A DNA stretch of 64,000 bases from Verrucomicrobiia bacterium (GTDB taxonomy: Bacteria; Verrucomicrobiota; Verrucomicrobiia; Limisphaerales; UBA11358). The stretch covers positions 9,932 through 73,931 of the forward strand of contig DASZAB010000134.1 in NCBI GenBank assembly GCA_035945675.1, in the 5' to 3' direction. The position numbers and the translations under genes are program-made. This document shows, piece after piece, positions 9,769-18,236 of the stretch. Each line of letters starts with the position of its first letter. Position 1 is the first letter of the stretch. The notes under the pieces are model-generated. The model worked only from the letters and a program-made list of their open reading frames with translations. It was not told the DNA's origin and did not search any database.

Positions 9769-11155
9769 ATCCGGAAACAACGGGAGACGAAACCTCGTCA
9801 CGTCCTGTCCCCCGGGCACCTTTTCCCGCCATGGCCCGTCCGGCAATCCAACCGGTCGTCCAGGCCGCCTGGAAATTGAAGCCCCCGGTCAGGCCGTCAA
9901 TGTCCAGCACCTCGCCGGCAAAAAACAGTCCGGGGCAAATCCGGCTCTCCATGGTGCTGAAATTTACCTCGCTCAACCGGACTCCGCCGCACGTCACGAA
10001 CTCATCCTTGTTCAGACTCTTCCCGCTCACGGTAAATTCCGTGCGCCGCAACTGGTCAACGAGCTTGTGCTGCGCCGCCCGCGAGAGCGCCGACCATCTC
10101 GTCGTGCGCGAGATACCGGAGGCCTGGACGAGCTGTGCCCAAAGGCGCGCCGGCAGCGAGGGGATGGGCGAATTGACGATCATTTTTGCCGACTGCGAAT
10201 TACGTCGCGATTGAAATTCCCCCGCGAGCTTTTCCGCGTTCAGCGGCGGCAGCCAGTTCACCTGGAGCGGAAAGGAATAATTCAGTTCGTGCAACTGCCG
10301 CGCGCCCCACGCCGACAACCGGAGAATGGCCGGGCCGCTCAGACCCCAATGCGTCACCAACAGCGCCCCGCGCTCGCGGAGTTTTGTTTCGGGCACGGAC
10401 ACTTCGGCCATTTCGACCGACACGCCGGCCAGCTCCCGCAGCCACGGTGTTTCGATGTGAAATGTGAACAACGAGGGCACCGGCGGTTCCAGCGTGTGAC
10501 CGAGCGAAACCGCCAGTTGCCCCAACGCGGGGGTCCGGCAGCCGCCCGTGGCCAGTAAAATTTTGTCACAAATGATTCCCTCCTTCGCGAATTCCTCTCC
10601 CGCGCCCCGCCTGGGCGGGGCGAGGGGATTTGATCTTAATGACCTCCCCGCCACGGCCCGCTCCTCCGGTGGCGGAGGAGCGGGGGAAACATTTCTTGCG
10701 AGCGTCATCTCAAAACGTCCGTCCGGCTTTCTGGTGACGTTTTCCACGCCGCAATTCGTGATCAACTTCACGTCCGCCCGGCGCGCCGCGCCGAGCAGAC
10801 AATCCATGATCGTCTGCGACGAATCCGTCACGGGAAACATCCGGCCGTCGCCCTCGGTTTTCAGTTTCACACCGTGGGCGGCGTACCAGGCCACGGTATT
10901 GCTCGCCTGAAACTGCTTGAACGGCCCAATCAAGGCCCGCTCGCCCCGGGGAAAACGGGCGGCAAATTCGCGTTCATCAAAACAGGCGTGGGTGACGTTG
11001 CACCGGCCGCCGCCGGAAATTTTGACCTTGGAAAGAAATTGCGATGTTTTTTCGAAGATGAAAATTTCAGCGCCGCTTTCAGCTTCCGCGCACGCCAGCG
11101 CGGCAAAAAAACCGGCCGCGCCGCCGCCGACAATCCCAATCCGCTTCGAGTGCAT
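9746..11155 (-). CDS. HI0933/BaiN-family NAD(FAD)-utilising flavoprotein carrying an internal repeat-element insertion
   Basis: Start at MHSKRIGIVGGGAAGFFAALACAE (dinucleotide-binding GxGxxG). GGGRCNVTH is the HI0933 family signature. The segment NVSPAPPPPEERAVAGRSLRSNPLAPPRRGAGEE is encoded by the hairpin element at 10596-10686. Confidence 0.8.
   Translation of the reverse strand: MHSKRIGIVGGGAAGFFAALACAEAESGAEIFIFEKTSQFLSKVKISGGGRCNVTHACFDEREFAARFPRGERALIGPFKQFQASNTVAWYAAHGVKLKTEGDGRMFPVTDSSQTIMDCLLGAARRADVKLITNCGVENVTRKPDGRFEMTLARNVSPAPPPPEERAVAGRSLRSNPLAPPRRGAGEEFAKEGIICDKILLATGGCRTPALGQLAVSLGHTLEPPVPSLFTFHIETPWLRELAGVSVEMAEVSVPETKLRERGALLVTHWGLSGPAILRLSAWGARQLHELNYSFPLQVNWLPPLNAEKLAGEFQSRRNSQSAKMIVNSPIPSLPARLWAQLVQASGISRTTRWSALSRAAQHKLVDQLRRTEFTVSGKSLNKDEFVTCGGVRLSEVNFSTMESRICPGLFFAGEVLDIDGLTGGFNFQAAWTTGWIAGRAMAGKGARGTGRDEVSSPVVSGSISSAGS
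10596..10686. repeat. Twin GC-hairpin element inside the HI0933-family flavoprotein CDS
   Basis: Hairpin 1 is CGCCCCGC-ctg-GCGGGGCG, flanked by CTCTCCCG/GAGGGGA. Hairpin 2 is CCCGCTCCTCCG-gtgg-CGGAGGAGCGGG. Both stems are perfect. Confidence 0.7.
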
Positions 11156-11263
11156 TGACGTCACGATACAGATTTTAACACCAGGGCGCAAAGACGCTAA
11201 ACACACCGGCGGAGGAACGGGCGACGAAAGGAAAAGACCGGGCGATGCCACAAGTGAATCCGC

Positions 11264-11836
11264 TCAATTCCGGGCTATGCGACAGGTGTGGGCGCCGGAG
11301 ATGCGTTGCAGGTAATCCTGATGGTACGCTTCCGCCGGATAAAATTCCGTGGCCGGCGCGATTTCCGTGACCACCGGGTTGTTCCATTTGCCCGATTGAC
11401 TGACTTCTTCCTTCACGCGCCCGGCAATCCGGCGTTGTTCCTCGCTATGGTAAAAGATGGCCGAACGATAGGGCACTTTCATGCTGTTGACCTGATGGCG
11501 GGGTGAGGTCGGGTCGTGGCTCTGGAAAAAATGGTTGAGCAAATCCTCGTAACTTAATTTCGTCGGATCAAAGATGACCTGTACCGCTTCCACATGGCCG
11601 GTTTTGCCGGTGCAGACCATCTCGTAGGTCGGATCCGGCGTGGTCCCGCCCGTGTAACCGACGGTGGTCTGGATGACCCCGGGAATCTGGCGCAGGGATT
11701 CCTGCAACCCCCAAAAACAACCGCCTGCCAGCGTCGCCGTTTCGTAATGTGCCGGCAGCTTCTCGCTTGGCGAACCGATGGCCAGCGCCGCGATCAAAAC
11801 AGCGGCCGCCGCCGACATTCGCGCAAGGTTTCGCAT
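11264..11836 (-). CDS. msrA: Peptide methionine (S)-S-oxide reductase MsrA, with a signal peptide
   Basis: GGCFWGLQ active-site motif. N-terminal hydrophobic signal MRNLARMSAAAAVLIAALA. Confidence 0.9.
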   Translation of the reverse strand: MRNLARMSAAAAVLIAALAIGSPSEKLPAHYETATLAGGCFWGLQESLRQIPGVIQTTVGYTGGTTPDPTYEMVCTGKTGHVEAVQVIFDPTKLSYEDLLNHFFQSHDPTSPRHQVNSMKVPYRSAIFYHSEEQRRIAGRVKEEVSQSGKWNNPVVTEIAPATEFYPAEAYHQDYLQRISGAHTCRIARN

Positions 11837-12316
11837 GGCAGTGAAGAGTAAACCAATTTCAACCGGCTGTCGAATGAACCCGGCGCGACTTGATGAATCG
11901 AGGCCAAACAGAGATGTCGTCGGTGTGCTGGAGGCAGGTCAACAAATTTATGCCACGTTTCCCCAGGCGCTGGACAAGGAAGCCGCCGCGTTGATTCAGG
12001 CCCGGAACTCGGTTGTGGCTGCCTGGCTCTGGCGTCGTTACGCCGCCGGCACACGGCTGGCCGCCAATGCCATCCGGATGGATCGCTGGTGCGGCACGGT
12101 TGGTTTGGACGGCACAGACGAAAAATGAAATTTATCCGGCGTGCGTCGCGGCTGGCCCTGTCGCGACCGCCGTGCTCCATGCCATGGTTTCCCGAGCCAT
12201 TTAAGTGACACGCTTTAAGTCGCGTCCCCAATCACCGCGGGCATTGCTTGATTTGCTTGTTTCGCACACGAAAATGGCGCATCTTGCGCCGACGTTTTGA
12301 AATAATTTATTGCCGA

Positions 12317-14830
12317 ATGACCGAACCCGCCATCACCCCCGAACTGGTTGCCCAACACAACCTCACGCCCGACGAGTATCAGAAAATCCTCGACCTGCTG
12401 GGCCGGGTGCCGAGTTACACCGAACTGGGCATCTTCTCGGTGATGTGGAGCGAGCATTGCAGCTACAAAAATACCCGCCCGCTGCTCAAAACCTTTCCGA
12501 CCAAATCCAGGAAAATCCTCGTCGGCGCCGGCGAGGAAAACGCCGGCATCATTGACATCGGCGACGGCCTGGCCATCGCCTTCAAGATTGAGTCGCATAA
12601 TCATCCGAGCGCGGTTGAACCGTTTCAGGGCGCGGCCACCGGCGTCGGCGGCATCGTGCGCGACATCTTCACCATGGGCGCGCGGCCGATTTGCTCGGTG
12701 AATTCGCTCCGTTTCGGACCGATTGTTAAGGATGTAGCAGCGGACGTTAGTCCGCTCACTTCAAATTCCGAAAAAAGTCAGAGCCGACTCACGTCGGCTG
12801 CTACGAATGGGGAAGCTGAAGCCGCCCTGAAGAACAATCGCCGGCTCTTTGCCGGCGTGGTGGCCGGCATCGCGCATTACGGCAATTGCTTCGGCATTCC
12901 GACCATCGCGGGCGAGGTCTATTTCGACAAATCCTACGAAGGCAATCCACTGGTGAACGCCTTTTGTCTGGGTGTGTTGCGGCACGAGCAAATTGCGCGC
13001 GGCGCGGCCAAAGGCATCGGCAATCCGGTTTTCTACGTCGGCCCGCCCACGGGCCGCGACGGCCTCGCCGGCGCCGCGTTCGCATCGCAGGATTTGACCG
13101 AGGAATCCGCCGAGCAACAGCGCGGGGCGGTCCAGGTCGGCGATCCGTTCATGGAAAAGCTCGTGTGCGAGGCGTGCCTCGAATTACTGGCCACCGGCGC
13201 GGTCGCCGGCATCCAGGACATGGGCGCGGCCGGGCTGACCTGCTCAACGTGCGAGACCGCCGCCCGCGCGGGCACGGGGATTGAAATCGAATTGGACAAG
13301 GTGCCGCAACGCGCCCCGAACATGACGAGCTACGATCTCATGCTGTCCGAATCGCAGGAACGGATGCTCATCATCGTCCATAAAGGCCGCGAGGACGAAG
13401 TCAAACGCATCTTTGACAAATGGGATTTGCCGTGGTCGGAAATCGGTTTCGTCACCGACACCGGCCGTATGGTCGTGAGACAGCACGGCCGGGTCGTCGC
13501 CGACATCCCGGCCAGAAAAATCGCCGACGAATCACCGGTTTATCAGCGTGAAGCACAGGCACCGCAGTATTTGAAGGAAGTGCGGGCGTTCCGACTTGAT
13601 GGGGTTGCCGATTGTCAAAGGCCGATGGCCGATTTGAAAAGGCTTTTGTCGTGGCCGACCATTGCCTCGAAGAACTGGGTTTACCGGCAGTACGACCACA
13701 TGGTGCGCGACGGTTCGGCGGTTTGCCCCGGCAGCGACGCCGCGGTGCTGCGGATTAAATCTGACTCTTTGCCTGAACTTGGCCGGGGCGGGCGGCCGCT
13801 CGGCCAGGACGCGCCGTTCACCCCGGATGCTTTCGGGGCGGGGCGCGTGCCGGCCGTCTCCGAAAAACTCATCGCGCTGACGGTGGACGGCAATGGTGCT
13901 TACGTCTATCTCGATCCCTACGAAGGCGGGAAAATTGTTGTGGCCGAGGCGGCGCGGAATCTGGCCTGCTCCGGTGCCGCTCCGCTGGGAGTGACGGACA
14001 ATTTGAATTACGGCAATCCGATGAAACCGGAATTATTCTGGCAGCTCAAGGAATCCGTGCGCGGGCTCGCGGATGCCTGCCGGGCATTCAACGCGCCGGT
14101 GACCGGTGGCAATTGCTCGCTCTATAATCAGAGTCCGGCCGGATCGATTGACCCCACACCGACCGTCGCGATGGTCGGCCTCATCGAAAAACCGGAGCAT
14201 ATCACGACGCAATGGTTCAAGGACGAAGGTGACACCATTATCCTGCTCGGTGAACCGGTTGACACCGACGATCCATTGCTCGGCCTCGGCGGCTCGGCCT
14301 GTTTACAGGCGATCCATGGAATGAAAACCGGCGTGCCGCCCCGTTGTGATCTGGAAACGGCAAAAACGCTGCACACGACGCTGCTCGGCTTGATTCAAAG
14401 CGGCCTGGTGAAAAGCGCGCACGATTGCAGCGAAGGTGGACTGGCGGTCTGCCTTGCCGAAAGCTGCATCAGCCAGCTCGTCGCGCGCGAAACGCCAAGG
14501 CTGATTGGGGCAACCGTGGATTTGTCCCCGGTGGGGCGAGCGTCTTCGCGAGCCGATGGACAAGGGAACGTCGGCTCGTCAGCAGCCTCGCCCCACCGGA
14601 TTGACGCCCTGCTCTTTGGCGAAACCCAAAGCCGCGTGGTCATCACCTGTCAGCCGCTCGATGCGGTGAAAGTAATCGAGCGCGCGAAGCTGATGGGCGT
14701 TCCGGCGGTGCCCATCGGCAAAGTCGGCGGTGACCGGTTGATGATCAAGACCGTCGCCGGCGAATTTGGCGCCCCGGTAACCGAATTGCACGACGCCTGG
14801 TGGAACGCCATCGCGCGGGCGATGGCATAG
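12317..14830 (+). CDS. purL: Phosphoribosylformylglycinamidine synthase subunit PurL (FGAM synthase II)
   Basis: Start at [24 protein letters not shown]. Motifs HCSYK, ESHNHPS and [13 protein letters not shown]. Full-length two-repeat PurM-like architecture. Contains three extra segments encoded by palindromic elements (see the repeat features). Confidence 0.92.
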   Translation: MTEPAITPELVAQHNLTPDEYQKILDLLGRVPSYTELGIFSVMWSEHCSYKNTRPLLKTFPTKSRKILVGAGEENAGIIDIGDGLAIAFKIESHNHPSAVEPFQGAATGVGGIVRDIFTMGARPICSVNSLRFGPIVKDVAADVSPLTSNSEKSQSRLTSAATNGEAEAALKNNRRLFAGVVAGIAHYGNCFGIPTIAGEVYFDKSYEGNPLVNAFCLGVLRHEQIARGAAKGIGNPVFYVGPPTGRDGLAGAAFASQDLTEESAEQQRGAVQVGDPFMEKLVCEACLELLATGAVAGIQDMGAAGLTCSTCETAARAGTGIEIELDKVPQRAPNMTSYDLMLSESQERMLIIVHKGREDEVKRIFDKWDLPWSEIGFVTDTGRMVVRQHGRVVADIPARKIADESPVYQREAQAPQYLKEVRAFRLDGVADCQRPMADLKRLLSWPTIASKNWVYRQYDHMVRDGSAVCPGSDAAVLRIKSDSLPELGRGGRPLGQDAPFTPDAFGAGRVPAVSEKLIALTVDGNGAYVYLDPYEGGKIVVAEAARNLACSGAAPLGVTDNLNYGNPMKPELFWQLKESVRGLADACRAFNAPVTGGNCSLYNQSPAGSIDPTPTVAMVGLIEKPEHITTQWFKDEGDTIILLGEPVDTDDPLLGLGGSACLQAIHGMKTGVPPRCDLETAKTLHTTLLGLIQSGLVKSAHDCSEGGLAVCLAESCISQLVARETPRLIGATVDLSPVGRASSRADGQGNVGSSAASPHRIDALLFGETQSRVVITCQPLDAVKVIERAKLMGVPAVPIGKVGGDRLMIKTVAGEFGAPVTELHDAWWNAIARAMA
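12734..12804 (+). repeat. Twin-hairpin element (GTAGCAGC...GCTGCTAC family), copy 1, in frame in purL
   Basis: GTAGC-AGCGGAC-gtta-GTCCGCT-C ... G-AGCCGAC-tcac-GTCGGCT-GCTAC. Two perfect 7-bp hairpins separated by 23 nt. Confidence 0.8.
13781..13860. repeat. GC-rich palindromic element, second insertion in purL
   Basis: Inverted arms GGCCAGGACGCGCC (13802-13815) and GGCGCGTGCCGGCC (13842-13855), with an inner hairpin CCCCGgatgctttCGGGG. Confidence 0.6.
14528..14599. repeat. GGGGCGAG...CTCGCCCC family element, third insertion in purL
   Basis: Perfect 13-bp terminal inverted repeat CCGGTGGGGCGAG / CTCGCCCCACCGG. Inner perfect hairpin CGAGCCGA...TCGGCTCG. Confidence 0.8.
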
Positions 14831-14842
14831 CAGGTCGTCGTA

Positions 14843-16972
14843 TCACCCGGATATTCCCCCCGCCGCCACGGCCATTTCCACCAATTGATCCACCATTTTT
14901 CGGTAGTCAACAAACCACCGGAGCGAATTTTGCCGGAGTGATTCAATTTCGTTCGAGTTCAGATGACTTTGCCGCCTGGCCAGTTGAAGCGCAGGCCTGA
15001 TGGTAACAGTCTTCGTTTCCCCTGGCGACTCGGCAACAAACGCATTGACTATTTTTTTCTGCGCGTCGAGCGCCTGCGACAACGCGGGCGTTTCGCCCGC
15101 CGATTTCGTGACCGCCACGACCCGGTCAAACACCGCCAGCGCATCCATTGTTTCAAGGTGATTTGCGTAATCGTCCGCAGCCCGGTTTAGCACCGACGCG
15201 AGTTCGCGCACGCGTTCCAAAGAACCGGAATCGGCGTCCGATTTCTCAGCGTCACACAGCCCGATGGCAAGCCCCAGTTGCATCCGGCGGTTCAGCGCGG
15301 CGGCCACTTCCCGGAGCGAGTGGCGCAGATCGTCACGCCCGGCGGCAGCTTCGGTTTCCGCAGCCTGCGCCGATTCCGGGGTCGCGTCGCCCAGGCCGAA
15401 AGCGTCCGGTTGAATTGGAACTCCCGCGTCCAGCAGCCGCTGTGCAGCGCGGGCCTGGATTAATTTCCGGGAAGCGTCCGTGTATTGCTCCGCGATTGGC
15501 GCGAGCCTGGCACTGATTTGCCGGAGGCTGGCGGAAAGTTGATTCAGCTCGGCGAGGTCGGCTTCGTAATTCGCACTGGGCGCAGGCGTTGCGAGCCGCA
15601 GTGGCATCAGCAGCGGGAGCACGCCGAGAAAAAAATCGTCCGCAGGGCTGTTGGCGGCAGCGGCATAGCCCTGGGCCGCCTTCGGCTGCGTGGATTCGAC
15701 GTGCAGCAACATCTGGCTGGTAACAGGAATGCCCAGATGGTCGGTGTAATGCAGCAACGTCACAAACCGCGCCGGATGCTCAAAACTGGCGAAGAGGGAC
15801 GAAGCGGGGCGGACGTTGTGAAAAATCCCCGCCTCGCCGGACATGCGCCCCCGGCGGATCCGATCGGCGGGCGACGGGTGCGAGTCAAAAAGACTGGTGC
15901 GGTGGAAACCGAGTGTGTCATCAATTTTTTGAAGGACGGCCGGCGGCAGGCTTTCATGGGTTTGACGCAGCAGTTCGCTTAAGTTGTCGGGCAAGTGATG
16001 GTCCTTTTTCCATCGCATCCGGATTTGTTGGTAAGTCCCCGCCAGCGCCGCTTCGAGCGTCGCCAGTTTGCGGTGGGTGGCTTCGAAGGTTTCACTGCCG
16101 ACGACTTTGATTTGCCAGGCGTCGGCGTCGTACTCCATCTGTCGCAGCATGAAGCCGGCAAGGATGTGGCCGATGAGCATCAGGAGTTTCAGAATCAGGC
16201 GCGAGAACCAGACGGCGATTTGCACCGACCAGACGAGGATCGCCACCCGGCCATCCCGCACTTCACTGGACCAATTTTCAAGGGCCTCATCCCAGGCATC
16301 GCGTTGGTAGGCGACGCGGGCAAACCAAAAATTGATCGAGCGGATGACGTAACACAACCGCATTCCCGCGCCCTGCGTGAAATGGCCGAACTCGTGGGCG
16401 ATCACGCCGGCCAGTTCGCGCGTCGAAAGATTCGCGACCAGGGGCAGACCGATGGTCAGTACCAAATCGTTGCCCATCATACCACGAAAACCGCGATGAA
16501 AGCTGGCGGAGGCGTTCAGTTGACAATCCATGTCAATCCGCTTTGGCGCAGGCGCTCCGACGATATCGCAGATTTTGGCGATGAAGGCGTAGAGCAGCGG
16601 ATTATCAGCTGGATTCATTGCCAGAGGCTGCGCCCGTTTTGGTCGTCCGGCCAGGAGTGGTTTGACCATGAAAAATAGAACGACGACGCCCGCAAACAGC
16701 GGGACGAAATAAATGAGGAATTTGACAATCATAACCCGCCCGCCGCCGGTGAAGTCACCGAAGTGCATAATGGGCGTCCAGTCGTAAACGGCGTGATAAT
16801 AAACCACCCACGCCAAAGCACCCAGCATGACAAGGTAAATCAGCGGCAGAATCAACATCGCGCCGGCAACCAGTAACAGGCAAGCATGATAAAGCAGCCC
16901 GGTTTTGGGACGCACGATGGTTCCCTTGAATTCGTCAAGAATGGAGTAGTCGGGATTGACGGTTCCGCTCAC
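14843..16972 (-). CDS. Membrane-embedded M48-family zinc metalloprotease with a ~300 aa helical C-terminal extension
   Basis: HExxH motif in AGVIAHEFGHFTQ. Several TM helices lie before and after the catalytic domain. GTG start (complement of 16970-16972). Confidence 0.75.
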   Translation of the reverse strand: MSGTVNPDYSILDEFKGTIVRPKTGLLYHACLLLVAGAMLILPLIYLVMLGALAWVVYYHAVYDWTPIMHFGDFTGGGRVMIVKFLIYFVPLFAGVVVLFFMVKPLLAGRPKRAQPLAMNPADNPLLYAFIAKICDIVGAPAPKRIDMDCQLNASASFHRGFRGMMGNDLVLTIGLPLVANLSTRELAGVIAHEFGHFTQGAGMRLCYVIRSINFWFARVAYQRDAWDEALENWSSEVRDGRVAILVWSVQIAVWFSRLILKLLMLIGHILAGFMLRQMEYDADAWQIKVVGSETFEATHRKLATLEAALAGTYQQIRMRWKKDHHLPDNLSELLRQTHESLPPAVLQKIDDTLGFHRTSLFDSHPSPADRIRRGRMSGEAGIFHNVRPASSLFASFEHPARFVTLLHYTDHLGIPVTSQMLLHVESTQPKAAQGYAAAANSPADDFFLGVLPLLMPLRLATPAPSANYEADLAELNQLSASLRQISARLAPIAEQYTDASRKLIQARAAQRLLDAGVPIQPDAFGLGDATPESAQAAETEAAAGRDDLRHSLREVAAALNRRMQLGLAIGLCDAEKSDADSGSLERVRELASVLNRAADDYANHLETMDALAVFDRVVAVTKSAGETPALSQALDAQKKIVNAFVAESPGETKTVTIRPALQLARRQSHLNSNEIESLRQNSLRWFVDYRKMVDQLVEMAVAAGGISG

Positions 16973-17170
16973 ACCGTGTTGTTGGGTTTTACCGGCTTGT
17001 GCCAGGAACTTAAACCAGCGTCAACACGATAATGGATTGGTCGGTCTTCATTTTGAACGAAACAGCGCTCCCGACGCTCCATTTTTCTGGAAACGCAATC
17101 ATGACCTGTGTGTCGAATGGATTAACCGCTGGCAATTTGTCGCCGGATTCGTAAGCTGTTCGGACTTTAA

Positions 17171-18133
17171 ATGCGACAATTTTTCACCATCGCCACCAAT
17201 GCCTTCATGGAATTGGTCCGGCAGCCGGTCTTTTTGCTGTTGATGACCGGGTCGGTGCTCTTTGAGCTTTTTTTGGCGGTGCCCTACTATTTCGCGTTCG
17301 GCGATGAATCGAAGCTGGTCAAAAACAGTGCGCTGGCGGTGATGCTGCTGGCGGGATTGTTCGGCGCGGTGCTGAGCGCCTCCGCGTCGCTGGCGCGCGA
17401 AATCCGTGTGGGCACGGCGCTGGCCGTGCTGTCCAAACCCATCGGTCGCGCACAATTTCTGCTGGCCAAATTCGCCGGGCTGGCGGCGGCGCTGACGGTG
17501 CTGGCGTACGTGGATCTGATCGGCGTCCTGCTCTGCAGCAAAATAGCGTTCGACGCCTATGGCAGCACGGACCTGGCGGCGCTCGGCATATTCGCGGCCG
17601 GGGTGGCCGTCGCCTATGCCCTCGGCGGGTTCAGCAATTTCTTCCTGCGCCGGCCGTTTGTCAGCGACGCGGTTTTCGCGCTGGTGGTGATGGCCACCAT
17701 TGCGGCGTTTGTGATCTTCCAATTCACACAATCGGATACCGGCTTTTATGCGCAGGGGCATGTGGACTGGCGGCTGGTGCCGGCCGGGATCCTGATCCTG
17801 TTCGCGCTGTGGATTCTGGCGGCGCTGGCGCTGGCGTGTTCGACCCGGCTGGACACCATCCCCACACTGGCGGTCTGCTCGGCGTTTTTTTTGATTGGCC
17901 TGATGTCGGATTATCTCTTTGGCCAGCGCGCGGCGGCAGGCAATTGGTGGGCTTCGACGCTTTACACGGTCATTCCAAACTGGCAACTTTTCTGGCTCGC
18001 GGATGCCTTGGATATGGGCAAAAGCACATTTCATTGGCATTATGTGGCCCGGGCGTTTGCCTATACCGTCGGCTACGCGGGCGCGGCTCTGGCCGTGGGC
18101 ACGGCGCTGTTTGAAGAACGGGAACTGAGTTGA
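17171..18133 (+). CDS. ABC-2-type (NosY-like) polytopic membrane permease homolog, with no adjacent ATPase
   Basis: Six or more TM helices. LAREIRVGTALAVLSKPIGRAQFLLAKFAG resembles the E-x-GT-x-E...P-x-R motif of ABC-2 permeases. Confidence 0.6.
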   Translation: MRQFFTIATNAFMELVRQPVFLLLMTGSVLFELFLAVPYYFAFGDESKLVKNSALAVMLLAGLFGAVLSASASLAREIRVGTALAVLSKPIGRAQFLLAKFAGLAAALTVLAYVDLIGVLLCSKIAFDAYGSTDLAALGIFAAGVAVAYALGGFSNFFLRRPFVSDAVFALVVMATIAAFVIFQFTQSDTGFYAQGHVDWRLVPAGILILFALWILAALALACSTRLDTIPTLAVCSAFFLIGLMSDYLFGQRAAAGNWWASTLYTVIPNWQLFWLADALDMGKSTFHWHYVARAFAYTVGYAGAALAVGTALFEERELS

Positions 18134-18136
18134 ATG

Positions 18137-18221
18137 AAAAATTCAAAATTAAAACTGCAGAATTTGGAACCCGACCGCGCGAACCACAGCTGCCAATTTT
18201 TAGTTTTTAATTTTTAATTTT
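18137..18221. repeat. AT-rich inverted repeat with a ~6-nt periodic arm (AAAATTAAAA type) between the ABC-2-like gene and the first SPFH gene
   Basis: The left arm AAAAATTCAAAATTAAAACTGCAGAATTTGG pairs with the right arm CCAATTTTTAGTTTTTAATTTTTAATTTT around a GC-rich loop. Confidence 0.65.
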
Positions 18222-18236
18222 GCATTATTTAATTTC

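Noticed and set aside
9211-9846. A 211-aa minus-strand ORF overlapping the 142-aa plus-strand ORF 9340-9768.
   Set aside because: The minus-strand translation is R/H/G/V-rich and looks like junk. The plus-strand ORF has high GC3 and normal composition, so only the plus-strand ORF was kept, at moderate confidence.
11835-12128. A possible 97-aa ORF (MAVKSKPISTGCRMNPARLDE...) in the 480-bp msrA-purL intergenic region.
   Set aside because: GC3 is noticeably lower than in the neighbouring genes, there is no recognisable motif, and the listed ORF start overlaps msrA. It cannot be supported without homology evidence.
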